A stretch of 10,924 bases of DNA from an uncultured bacterium (GTDB lineage Bacteria; UBP14; UBA6098; B30-G16): contig CAYRNI010000073.1 in assembly GCA_964425665.1 (NCBI GenBank), positions 1 to 10,924 on the forward strand. The letters run 5' to 3'. The notes beneath the pieces are model-generated. The model was given only the letters and a program-made list of their open reading frames with translations. It did not search any database and was not told the origin of the DNA. Positions 1 through 6,835 of the stretch are shown piece after piece. Within the stretch, counting starts at the first letter, position 1; each line of letters opens with the position of its first letter. A program made the position numbers and the translations under genes.

Positions 1-987
1 TTGTTGGATGATATTCAAGCAAAAGCCAAATCGCTCGGTGGCACTGTGGTTCTTCCCGAGGGAGATGAACCGAGAATGATGCACGCCGCAGAAATTATCG
101 CCAAAAAAGGACTCGCAAAAGTCATCATAGTCGGAAACAGGGATAAGGTGAACGAACTCGCTAAATCCGAGGGAGCGGATATCTCTTCTGCGGAAATTTC
201 CGACCCCGAAACAGATGACCGTCGCGACGATTTCGCTATGAAATTTTGGGAACTACGCAAACACAAGGGAGTTACACTTTATCAGGCGAAGGAAGCGATG
301 AAAAACCCTCTCTATTGGGGAGCGATGCTCGTTCGTGAAGGATTTGCAAACTCCGCCGTCGCTGGAGCAAAAAATACTACTGGCAATGTTCTTCGCGCTG
401 CAATACATTGCATTGGAACAGCAAAAGGTGTTTCTGTCGTATCGAGTTGTTTCCTTATGGTGCTACCAGAGTTTATGGGTGAAAAAGAGAAAGTTTTCGT
501 ATTCGCCGATTGTGCTGTGATACCACAACCGAACCCAGAGCAGCTCGCATCGATTGCTATCGCATCGGCGCAGACAGCGAAGCAACTGTTGGGAATCGAA
601 CCTAAGGTCGCTATGCTTTCGTTCTCGACCAAGGGCAGTGCAAAACATTCCGATGTCGATAAAGTCATCGAAGCCACTGAAATAGTCAAAAAACAGGCAC
701 CTGAAATCGCAGTCGATGGCGAACTGCAAGCAGATGCTGCTATTATCCCGAAAGTGGCTGAGAAAAAAGCACCCGACTCACCTATCGCAGGGAACGCGAA
801 TGTCCTCGTATTTCCAGACCTCGATGCAGGGAATATCGGGTATAAACTCGTGCAAAGAATGGCGGGGGCGGAGGCAATCGGACCGATTATTCAAGGGCTT
901 GCAAAACCATACAACGACCTTTCGAGAGGCTGCTCTGTCGATGATATAGTAAATGTCGCTGCAATATCGCTTTTGAAAAGCAAATAA
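1..987 (+). CDS. pta: Phosphate acetyltransferase (Pta, class IIa). Probably 5'-truncated at the window edge, lacking roughly the first 10 aa, unless TTG at 1 is the start.
   Basis: Long ORF in frame 1 ending at TAA 985-987. The protein aligns by memory almost along its length with B. subtilis Pta, for example [50 protein letters not shown] and NDLSRGC. The first ~10 residues of the family are missing. Confidence 0.9.
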   Translation: MLDDIQAKAKSLGGTVVLPEGDEPRMMHAAEIIAKKGLAKVIIVGNRDKVNELAKSEGADISSAEISDPETDDRRDDFAMKFWELRKHKGVTLYQAKEAMKNPLYWGAMLVREGFANSAVAGAKNTTGNVLRAAIHCIGTAKGVSVVSSCFLMVLPEFMGEKEKVFVFADCAVIPQPNPEQLASIAIASAQTAKQLLGIEPKVAMLSFSTKGSAKHSDVDKVIEATEIVKKQAPEIAVDGELQADAAIIPKVAEKKAPDSPIAGNANVLVFPDLDAGNIGYKLVQRMAGAEAIGPIIQGLAKPYNDLSRGCSVDDIVNVAAISLLKSK

Positions 988-1003
988 TAAAAACGGGGGG
1001 AAA

Positions 1004-2842
1004 ATGAGAACCAAAAAATTTATTTACCTTTTTCTTTGCATAATAATCGCAACGGTTGTCTCGGCACAGCCGAGAAATCCGAGAAGAAATCCCCAAGGTT
1101 GGAGAAAACCTAAACGCGATCTCAGAAAATCGAGAACCCGCATCGCAGAAAATATACTCAAACTTATAGATGAAGGTAAATATTCTCGGGCGGCATCTAT
1201 AATAGAGGATGCGTTATCTCGTCCGAAAGCTAATCACTCCGATTCATTGAATATTCTGCCACTTTTAGCCACCTGCTACTGCGGAGAGAAGAAATGGGGA
1301 AAAGCCGCCAGTGTCTACGATTGGTTAGAAAAGAACGATACTTCTGAAAATACGAAATGGCGTGCATTGAAAAACATCGTCGAAGCACCGGAACGGAAAA
1401 TTCATCTCGAACATCTTCCAAAAAGTGTAAATTCCAAATATGGCGAGATTATGCCAGTAATTTCTCCCGATGGTAAAACCTTGTATTTCATCGTAGATAA
1501 CGGTAAAAATCAGGATATATACTACTCTATCCTCGAAGAAAATGGGCAGTGGAGTCGACGAAAATCTATCGGTTCACCGTTGAATACGGAATTCTCCGAT
1601 GGAATTCTCTCTGTCCTCCCCGATGGCAACACTGTTCTACTCAATGGGAAATACAATCCTGATGGAATGAAAGAGGTCGGTTATTCTATATCGCACAATC
1701 TCGGTGATAGATGGTCTTATCCGGAGCCTGTGCAAATCGACAATTTTTACAATCGGAACAAATACACGAGTGCCTGCCTTGCCGCCGATGGCAAAACACT
1801 CATTCTGGCACTCGAACGCGACGATAGCAAGGGCGACCTCGATTTATATGTATGTTTCCGCAAAGATGACGGCACTTTTACTGAGCCGAAAAACCTTGGA
1901 CCTACAATAAATACGAAAGGCACGGATGGCACACCTTATCTCGCTCCCGATGGTGTTACTTTATATTTTTCTTCTGATGGACACCCTTCGCTCGGAAATG
2001 CAGATATGTTCGTCGCGAGAAGAAAAGATGACAGCTGGACGAACTGGCAAATTCCTGAAAATCTCGGTAAAGAATTCAATACAGTCGGCTGGGATGCTTA
2101 TTATACTGTCACCGCCGATGGTAAATGGATTTATTTCGTATCCTCCGGTTTCGATGCAATAGGTGGAACGGATATTTTCAGAGCGCAATTGCCTCAGGAG
2201 GTCAAACCTAAACCTGTGGTTACAGTTTCGGGAAAAGTGGTGGATACTCGTGGGAAACCTGTCGGTGCGAACATCAGCTACGAGCGTCTCTCCGATGGTG
2301 AAAATCTCGGTATAGCCTCGAGCAACCCCAAGACGGGCAATTATTCCATCGTTCTGCCTGCTGGCGAAAAATATGGATATAGTATTCACCAAAAGGGCTA
2401 TCTATTCCACTCGGACAATATAGACCTGACGAATATCGATACATCCTCGGTTATCAACGAGGATATTGTTCTCAAACCAGTCGAGATTGGTTCACAAATC
2501 GTTTTGCACAACATCTTTTTCGAATTCGACAAGGCGGATTTGCTTCCAGAGAGTATCGGCGAACTGAACCGTCTGTATCAGGTGATGAAAGAAAATCCCA
2601 ATATAAAAGTTGAAATAGCAGGACATACGGATTCTGTCGGCACTGCACAGTATAATAAGAAACTTTCGCTCGAACGCGCCGAGGCGGTTAAACAATGGCT
2701 CATCGACAAAGGTATAGAGCCATCTCGCATAAAAGCACTCGGCTTCGGCGAAACAAAGCCCATCGCGGACAATAGCACTGATGAAGGACGCGCTAAAAAC
2801 CGCAGGGTCACTTTTACCATTGTCGGAATGAACGACAAATAA
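1004..2842 (+). CDS. OmpA-family outer-membrane or periplasmic protein with a signal peptide, a short TPR-like region, TolB-like (PD40) beta-propeller repeats, a carboxypeptidase-regulatory-like beta-sandwich and a C-terminal OmpA peptidoglycan-binding domain.
   Basis: GGGGGG sits 4 nt upstream of the ATG. The N-terminus is a signal peptide (MRTKKFIYLFLCIIIATVVSAQ). DGKTLYF, PDGNTVLL, ADGKTLILA, PDGVTLYFSS and DGKWIYFVSS are PD40 repeats. VSGKVVD...GANISYE...TGNYSIVLPAG is a CarbopepD_reg-like segment. The C-terminal OmpA signature reads FDKADL...AGHTDSVG...YNKKLSLERAEAV...NRRVTF. Confidence 0.85.
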   Translation: MRTKKFIYLFLCIIIATVVSAQPRNPRRNPQGWRKPKRDLRKSRTRIAENILKLIDEGKYSRAASIIEDALSRPKANHSDSLNILPLLATCYCGEKKWGKAASVYDWLEKNDTSENTKWRALKNIVEAPERKIHLEHLPKSVNSKYGEIMPVISPDGKTLYFIVDNGKNQDIYYSILEENGQWSRRKSIGSPLNTEFSDGILSVLPDGNTVLLNGKYNPDGMKEVGYSISHNLGDRWSYPEPVQIDNFYNRNKYTSACLAADGKTLILALERDDSKGDLDLYVCFRKDDGTFTEPKNLGPTINTKGTDGTPYLAPDGVTLYFSSDGHPSLGNADMFVARRKDDSWTNWQIPENLGKEFNTVGWDAYYTVTADGKWIYFVSSGFDAIGGTDIFRAQLPQEVKPKPVVTVSGKVVDTRGKPVGANISYERLSDGENLGIASSNPKTGNYSIVLPAGEKYGYSIHQKGYLFHSDNIDLTNIDTSSVINEDIVLKPVEIGSQIVLHNIFFEFDKADLLPESIGELNRLYQVMKENPNIKVEIAGHTDSVGTAQYNKKLSLERAEAVKQWLIDKGIEPSRIKALGFGETKPIADNSTDEGRAKNRRVTFTIVGMNDK

Positions 2843-2866
2843 TCTCTATGAAAATATGTAGTAGAT

Positions 2867-2895
2867 AAAAAAGCCCTCCATTTCGGAGGGCTTTG
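2867..2895. terminator. Bidirectional rho-independent terminator between the convergent OmpA-family gene (+) and the LTXXQ operon (-).
   Basis: An 8-bp GC-rich stem (agccctcc 2872-2879 pairing ggagggct 2885-2892) encloses a 5-nt loop. An A-run 2867-2871 gives a U-run on the minus-strand transcript. ttt 2893-2895 gives a weaker U-run on the plus strand. Confidence 0.75.
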
Positions 2896-2926
2896 GGCGA
2901 ATGCGTAGGGGGAGTCATTCATCCCA

Positions 2927-3466
2927 TTAGCGAGCCTCGTGCTTTCTGTGACCTCTCATCCTGCCTTCTTTCTTTTCCAAGCGATTTTGTTCCCTCTTTT
3001 CCCGCATCTCCTGACGACGAGATTGAATTGCCTCTTTCAACTTTGCACGCTGCTCGGGCGTCAGAATGTCGCGGATTTCGAGCATCGCATCCAATTGAGC
3101 GGTCCTGATTGCATTCTCCTGCTCCATCACCTTCTTCGCCAATTTCTCGATAGCGGAACTTTTCGCATCAGGGTCTTCCATCAATTTCCTCAAATCGATT
3201 TCTGCTTTTTTCTTCTCTGCGTTCAGGTCGATGATTTCCTTCGCATTCTTGTTGCGAATGTCCTTTATCTTCTCTACTTGTTCATCGGTCAATCCGATTT
3301 CATCGGCGAACCTATCGACTCTGTTAAACAAACTTCCTGGACCACCTCGCATACCCACCATTTTTCTCGGTCCAGGGAACGGTCCCTCCTGAGCGAAAAG
3401 CAGACCGATACCGACGAGCAACACAAGAAGAAGCGTGCCGCTCACTGCAAAGATTGTCCGTTTCAT
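2927..3466 (-). CDS. Periplasmic LTXXQ-motif protein (Spy/CpxP/ZraP family; chaperone or stress-sensor-like), copy 2 of 2, with a basic His/Arg-rich C-terminal tail.
   Basis: Signal peptide MKRTIFAVSGTLLLVLLVGIGLLFAQ. LTXXQ motifs occur twice (LTDEQ, LTPEQ) in a charged, predicted coiled-coil helical protein. I prefer the start at 3466 because AAGGAGG lies 6 nt upstream of that ATG. The ORF-track start at 3502 would overlap the upstream gene by 10 nt and lacks an RBS. Confidence 0.7.
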   Translation of the reverse strand: MKRTIFAVSGTLLLVLLVGIGLLFAQEGPFPGPRKMVGMRGGPGSLFNRVDRFADEIGLTDEQVEKIKDIRNKNAKEIIDLNAEKKKAEIDLRKLMEDPDAKSSAIEKLAKKVMEQENAIRTAQLDAMLEIRDILTPEQRAKLKEAIQSRRQEMREKREQNRLEKKEGRMRGHRKHEAR

Positions 3467-3492
3467 TTTTTCCTCCTTTTTTGAGTTCGTTT

Positions 3493-4011
3493 TTACTTCC
3501 AAGAATTGCCTCTTTTATGTCTCATTTCACCCTTGTGAAAATCGCGTATCAAATCCATCATCTTTCTGTGGAAATCCACCTCGAATAGAAAATATTTCCC
3601 CTGCTGTTCGATTGTTAAAATCTCTTTGAGTTTGCCGTAGAAATCTGACTCGTTTCGCAACTGAGCATTCCGAACATCTGTGATTTCGGAGATTATATCC
3701 GATATCTCGGAAGAATCCGCATTATTGTGGATGGCATCTCTCAACTGGTCGATATATTTTGCCATTTCCTGTCTGAGTGAATCCTGAGTTTTACGGAAAC
3801 TTGTCATAGCGGGGAAAAGTTTCGCTGCTTGTTCATCGCTCAATTCGAGAACTTCGGTCAATTTCCACATTTTCAGTGTCTCGATTCGCTCCATTACTTT
3901 TGGCGATGCTCCATAGGGAAACATCATATCTTGCGCAGAAATAATTACAGGAATAAAAAACACCAATACCGCTATTAAAATTTTCCCTATTATTTTTATT
4001 CTATTCTTCAT
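3493..4011 (-). CDS. Periplasmic LTXXQ-motif protein (Spy/CpxP/ZraP family), copy 1 of 2.
   Basis: Signal peptide MKNRIKIIGKILIAVLVFFIPVIISAQ. It has two LTXXQ-type motifs (LSDEQ, LTIEQ) and is similar in size and architecture to the downstream paralog. GAGGGGG lies upstream of the ATG. Confidence 0.7.
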   Translation of the reverse strand: MKNRIKIIGKILIAVLVFFIPVIISAQDMMFPYGASPKVMERIETLKMWKLTEVLELSDEQAAKLFPAMTSFRKTQDSLRQEMAKYIDQLRDAIHNNADSSEISDIISEITDVRNAQLRNESDFYGKLKEILTIEQQGKYFLFEVDFHRKMMDLIRDFHKGEMRHKRGNSWK

Positions 4012-4038
4012 TTTTATTAAACCCCCTCATTTAAAAAA

Positions 4039-4467
4039 TTACATTTCTTCGGCGAGTGCCACCAGCAACTCTTCCTGCTCATCATCAGAAAGCAAGGACA
4101 TAGCCGTCTCGACATCGCTTTGGTAAATTAACGCATTATCGATTGAATCTATATCTGTTTCTAACAACGAGTATATTAATTCGTCTTCGGGAATTTTTTC
4201 TAACGATTGCCAGTAGTCATATTTCGATGCGATGAAGAAATCACTCCGGTCTATATCGTTTCTGCTCGAAAATGGATTCACCGCGATTAGAACCGCTAAG
4301 ATTATAACAGCAGCAGTAGCAAACATTGCACGGAATTTAACTGCTCTACGATGTTTTCGGACTCTGCTCCATACGCCGCTACGGATTTTTTCGATTTCCC
4401 TCGATGTTAAAACAGGCTCTGTGGTCTCCCACATCTGTGCGAATTTCTTTTCATCAAATTCATTCAT
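4039..4467 (-). CDS. Anti-sigma factor partner of the upstream ECF sigma. A single-pass membrane protein with a cytoplasmic N-terminus, one TM helix and an acidic periplasmic C-terminal domain.
   Basis: Its ATG overlaps the sigma-factor stop by 8 nt (ATGAATGA) and GGAGG lies 8 nt upstream. A hydrophobic helix AMFATAAVIILAVLIAV is at residues ~48-66. There is no HxxxCxxC ZAS motif. The position immediately 3' of the ECF sigma is typical for anti-sigma factors. Confidence 0.65.
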   Translation of the reverse strand: MNEFDEKKFAQMWETTEPVLTSREIEKIRSGVWSRVRKHRRAVKFRAMFATAAVIILAVLIAVNPFSSRNDIDRSDFFIASKYDYWQSLEKIPEDELIYSLLETDIDSIDNALIYQSDVETAMSLLSDDEQEELLVALAEEM

Positions 4468-5077
4468 TTTCTATTCCTCCGAATTCATCAGGAAATTTTC
4501 TCATCAAAAATTTTTTCATCTTTTGCTTTGCTCTGTGGAGAAGAGTTTTGACCGTGCCTTCGGATACTTTCATAATCTTCGCTACTTCGCTTGTTGAATT
4601 TTTCTCTTGCATTCTCAATACGAACGCCATTCGCTCTCGTGGTGTAAGTTCCTTCATCGCAGTGGCTATAATTTTTTTATGCTTGTCCGAATCGATTTCA
4701 TCATCCCACTTCTGTTCCGAACCTATACCGATTATATCTTCGATTTCCACCAGCAATTTTCTTTTCCGATATTTCGAGATGCAAATCCTCGTAGCGATTG
4801 TTTCAGCCCACAGCCTAAAACTCGAATCTCCACGAAAATTTTTTAAAGAACGCCAAACACGATAGAATGTTTCCTGAACAACATCTAAGGCATCGTCGCG
4901 ATTGTCGAGCATCCTGTATGCCAGTTGAAAAATCTGCGTCTGATGTGCTGCCATCAACATTTCAAATGCCTCCGTATCACCATTTTTTGCCTTCTGAATA
5001 ATTTCAGATTCCAAATCGGGTCTCCAATTTTCCTTTTCCACTATAATAGACATACTTTTTCGATGTGTGGTTGACAA
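4460..5077 (-). CDS. ECF-family RNA polymerase sigma-70 factor (RpoE-like).
   Basis: Region 2 reads IIQKAKNGDTEAFEMLMAAHQTQIFQLAYRMLDNRDDALDVVQETFYRVWRSL. Region 4 is a helix-turn-helix, LTPRERMAFVLRMQEKNSTSEVAKIMKVSEGTVKTLLHRAKQKM. The track start is TTG at 5077, with GGTGA 7 nt upstream. An alternative start is ATG at 5053 (MSIIVEK...). Confidence 0.85.
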   Translation of the reverse strand: MSTTHRKSMSIIVEKENWRPDLESEIIQKAKNGDTEAFEMLMAAHQTQIFQLAYRMLDNRDDALDVVQETFYRVWRSLKNFRGDSSFRLWAETIATRICISKYRKRKLLVEIEDIIGIGSEQKWDDEIDSDKHKKIIATAMKELTPRERMAFVLRMQEKNSTSEVAKIMKVSEGTVKTLLHRAKQKMKKFLMRKFPDEFGGIENE

Positions 5078-5123
5078 ATATTTTCACCATAGACAAATCA
5101 ATATAGAAATAAAATCGAAATTT

Positions 5124-5157
5124 AAAATAAAAACCCATCTCGACGCGACGAGATGGG
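5124..5157 (-). terminator. Rho-independent terminator for the SPFH gene. It reads on the minus strand and insulates that gene from the ECF-sigma operon.
   Basis: A perfect 9-bp stem (cccatctcg 5134-5142 pairing cgagatggg 5149-5157) encloses a 6-nt loop. On the minus-strand transcript it is followed by UUUUUAUUUU, the complement of aaaataaaaa at 5124-5133. It lies 32 nt past the SPFH stop codon. Confidence 0.75.
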
Positions 5158-5188
5158 ATGCAATTAAAATCGCCGAAGTTAAAAGAAC

Positions 5189-5950
5189 TCAATCATTCTC
5201 CTGCTTGGAAAGATATTTTGCGAACGGTTTGAAAAATTCCAATGGAACAGGAAACACAGTCGTCGAATTATTTTCTGCGGCGATAATATTCAATGTCTGC
5301 AAGTATCTGAGTTGGATTGTAATCGGCGATGTCTCCATAATTTGGGCGGCTTCGGTAAGTTTCTGTGCGGCTTGGAATTCACCTTGTGCTGCGATAATTT
5401 TCGCTCTTCGCTCTCGTTCAGCCTCGGCTTGTGCCGCCATCGCTCGTTTCATCTCCTCGGGAAGGTCCACATGCTTTATCTCCACCATAGAAACTTTGAT
5501 ACCCCACGGGTCTGTTTCTCGGTCGATTATCTCTTGAAGTTTCTGATTGATTTCTTCACGAGACGAGAGCAAATCGTCCAATTCTACCTCGCCAAGCACC
5601 GAACGAAGTGTTGTCTGAGCGAGTTGACTCGTCGCATAGAGATAATTCTCAACCTCTATAACCGCTTTCGATGGGTCGAGAACACGGAAATACACAACCG
5701 CATTCACCTGCACAGAGACATTATCCTTTGTTATAATATCCTGCGGTGGAACATCGAGAACGACTGTTCTCAAACTGACCTTCACCATCTTATCCACGAT
5801 TGGTATAAGAATTATCAGCCCCGGTCCTTTCGCCCCCACTATCCTTCCGAGACGAAATATAACTCCTCGTTCATATTCGCGAAGAATCCGTATCGCACTC
5901 AATATGATTAGAACAACGATAATAATTAGAATCGTTAAAGGTCCCATCAT
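5189..5950 (-). CDS. SPFH/band-7 (stomatin/prohibitin-like, QmcA/YbbK-type) membrane protein.
   Basis: N-terminal TM helix ([16 protein letters not shown]). The SPFH core reads [14 protein letters not shown]...[13 protein letters not shown]...[20 protein letters not shown]...[15 protein letters not shown]. The C-terminal coiled coil is [26 protein letters not shown] lies directly upstream, so the true start may be the second ATG at 5947. Confidence 0.9.
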   Translation of the reverse strand: MMGPLTILIIIVVLIILSAIRILREYERGVIFRLGRIVGAKGPGLIILIPIVDKMVKVSLRTVVLDVPPQDIITKDNVSVQVNAVVYFRVLDPSKAVIEVENYLYATSQLAQTTLRSVLGEVELDDLLSSREEINQKLQEIIDRETDPWGIKVSMVEIKHVDLPEEMKRAMAAQAEAERERRAKIIAAQGEFQAAQKLTEAAQIMETSPITIQLRYLQTLNIIAAENNSTTVFPVPLEFFKPFAKYLSKQEND

Positions 5951-6084
5951 ACCTCCTTTGTTGTTTTGATAAATATATTATAATTAAAAAAATATGCAAT
6001 TTATTTCTAATTAAATCGATAATTATTTCTTGCATAAATTTTAGGATAAATTTTATTTTTAAAATAAAAATTTTCTCGATTAAA
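5951..6084. promoter_or_regulatory. Extremely AT-rich divergent intergenic region carrying candidate sigma-70-type promoters for the SPFH gene (-) and the glycosyltransferase pair (+).
   Basis: On the minus strand, TTGCAT (complement of 5994-5999), a 16-nt spacer and TATATT (complement of 5972-5977) lie about 25 nt upstream of the SPFH RBS. On the plus strand, TTGCAT at 6030-6035 is followed by only weak -10 candidates (TATTTT 6054-6059). A TATAAT at 5979-5984 also faces the plus direction. No experimental support. Confidence 0.35.
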
Positions 6085-6834
6085 ATGCACAAGAAAGAAA
6101 AAGATACTTCGCCAATCGAAACTGTTCTCGTTGTGATGCCCACATACAACGAGAAGGATAATATCGAGCGCATTATCCCCGCGGTTTTATCACAAGACGA
6201 TAGAATCGATATGCTCATCATAGATGATGGTTCTCCCGATGGCACGGGTGAAATTGTCGATAGAATAAGTTCGGAGAATCCTCGCGTAAATGTCATACAC
6301 CGCGAGGGCAAGCTCGGGCTGGGAACAGCTTATGTTTGCGGGTTCAAATATTCCCTCGAGCACGATTACGACCTTACATTCGAGATGGATGCCGATTTTT
6401 CACACGACCCCGCATATCTTCCAAAGATTATAGCGACAGCGGAGGAGGGCTATGACCTCGTGGTGGGTTCTCGCTGGGTCGATGGCGGAGGTATCGAGAA
6501 TTGGCCCAAAAGTCGAGAGCGACTCTCCCGATGGGCAAGTATTTACACTCGAATCGTCACAGGACTGCCTATTCACGATAGCACAGCAGGTTTTCAGGCA
6601 TTCAGAAAGCGAGTTTTTAAGGAACTCGACTTAGATGGTATTCATTCCGATGGCTATTCATTCCAAATCGAAACGAAATTTAAGGTCTGGCGAAAAGGTT
6701 TCTGGATTAAAGAATTTCCAATCATTTTCAGAGATAGAGAAATGGGCGAATCCAAGATAAACCGTAAGATAGTCTATGAGGCGTTTTTTATCGTATGGCT
6801 TTTGAGAATCGAGGCAATTCTTGGGAGGATTTGA
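6085..6834 (+). CDS. GT2-family polyprenyl-phosphate glycosyltransferase (dolichol-phosphate mannosyltransferase / Ppm1 / GtrB-like).
   Basis: VLVVMPTYNEKDNIE, LIIDDGSPDGTGEIV and the DAD (MDADFSHDP) and VVGSRW motifs are typical of DPM1-like synthases. Length is ~249 aa. No clear SD precedes the ATG. Confidence 0.8.
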   Translation: MHKKEKDTSPIETVLVVMPTYNEKDNIERIIPAVLSQDDRIDMLIIDDGSPDGTGEIVDRISSENPRVNVIHREGKLGLGTAYVCGFKYSLEHDYDLTFEMDADFSHDPAYLPKIIATAEEGYDLVVGSRWVDGGGIENWPKSRERLSRWASIYTRIVTGLPIHDSTAGFQAFRKRVFKELDLDGIHSDGYSFQIETKFKVWRKGFWIKEFPIIFRDREMGESKINRKIVYEAFFIVWLLRIEAILGRI

Positions 6835-6835
6835 T

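Noticed and set aside
312-2392. Minus-strand ORFs inside pta (312-689, 463-729, 778-1014, 887-1096) and inside the OmpA/PD40 gene (1961-2392, 1747-1932)
   Set aside because: All are embedded antisense to genes with strong homology-level support, and none has an RBS or a motif.
2939-3484. 181-aa plus-strand ORF rich in F/L/H, antisense to the LTXXQ gene
   Set aside because: It lies entirely inside and antisense to a well-supported K/E-rich CDS. It has no RBS and low-complexity composition, the typical shadow ORF of a charged coiled-coil gene.
3467-3502. Upstream ATG at 3502 (MEVKTNSKKEEK...) as the start of the second LTXXQ gene
   Set aside because: It would overlap the upstream gene by 10 nt, add a charged segment in front of the signal peptide and lacks an SD. 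The ATG at 3466 has AAGGAGG 6 nt upstream.
4232-4865. Plus-strand ORFs of 79-153 aa (4232-4597, 4404-4865, 4607-4846) opposite the sigma and anti-sigma genes
   Set aside because: They are antisense shadows of the ECF sigma and anti-sigma CDSs, with hydrophobic low-complexity translations and no start context.
5054-5133. Specific ECF-type autoregulatory promoter (GGAAC-N16/17-GTCT) upstream of the sigma gene
   Set aside because: A TGTCTA element is present, but there is no convincing GGAAC-like -35 at the right spacing. Start-codon ambiguity (TTG 5077 versus ATG 5053) makes placement unreliable without TSS data.
5312-5911. 199-aa plus-strand ORF antisense to the SPFH gene, and a similar 156-aa ORF at 5067-5537
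   Set aside because: Both are fully embedded antisense to the strongly supported SPFH CDS, with no SD and no recognisable motifs.
6821-6835. TTG at 6821 as the start of the second GT2 gene (ORF-track start)
   Set aside because: GGAGG at 6824-6828 would then lie inside the start of the gene. The ATG at 6836 has ideal 7-nt spacing from it.
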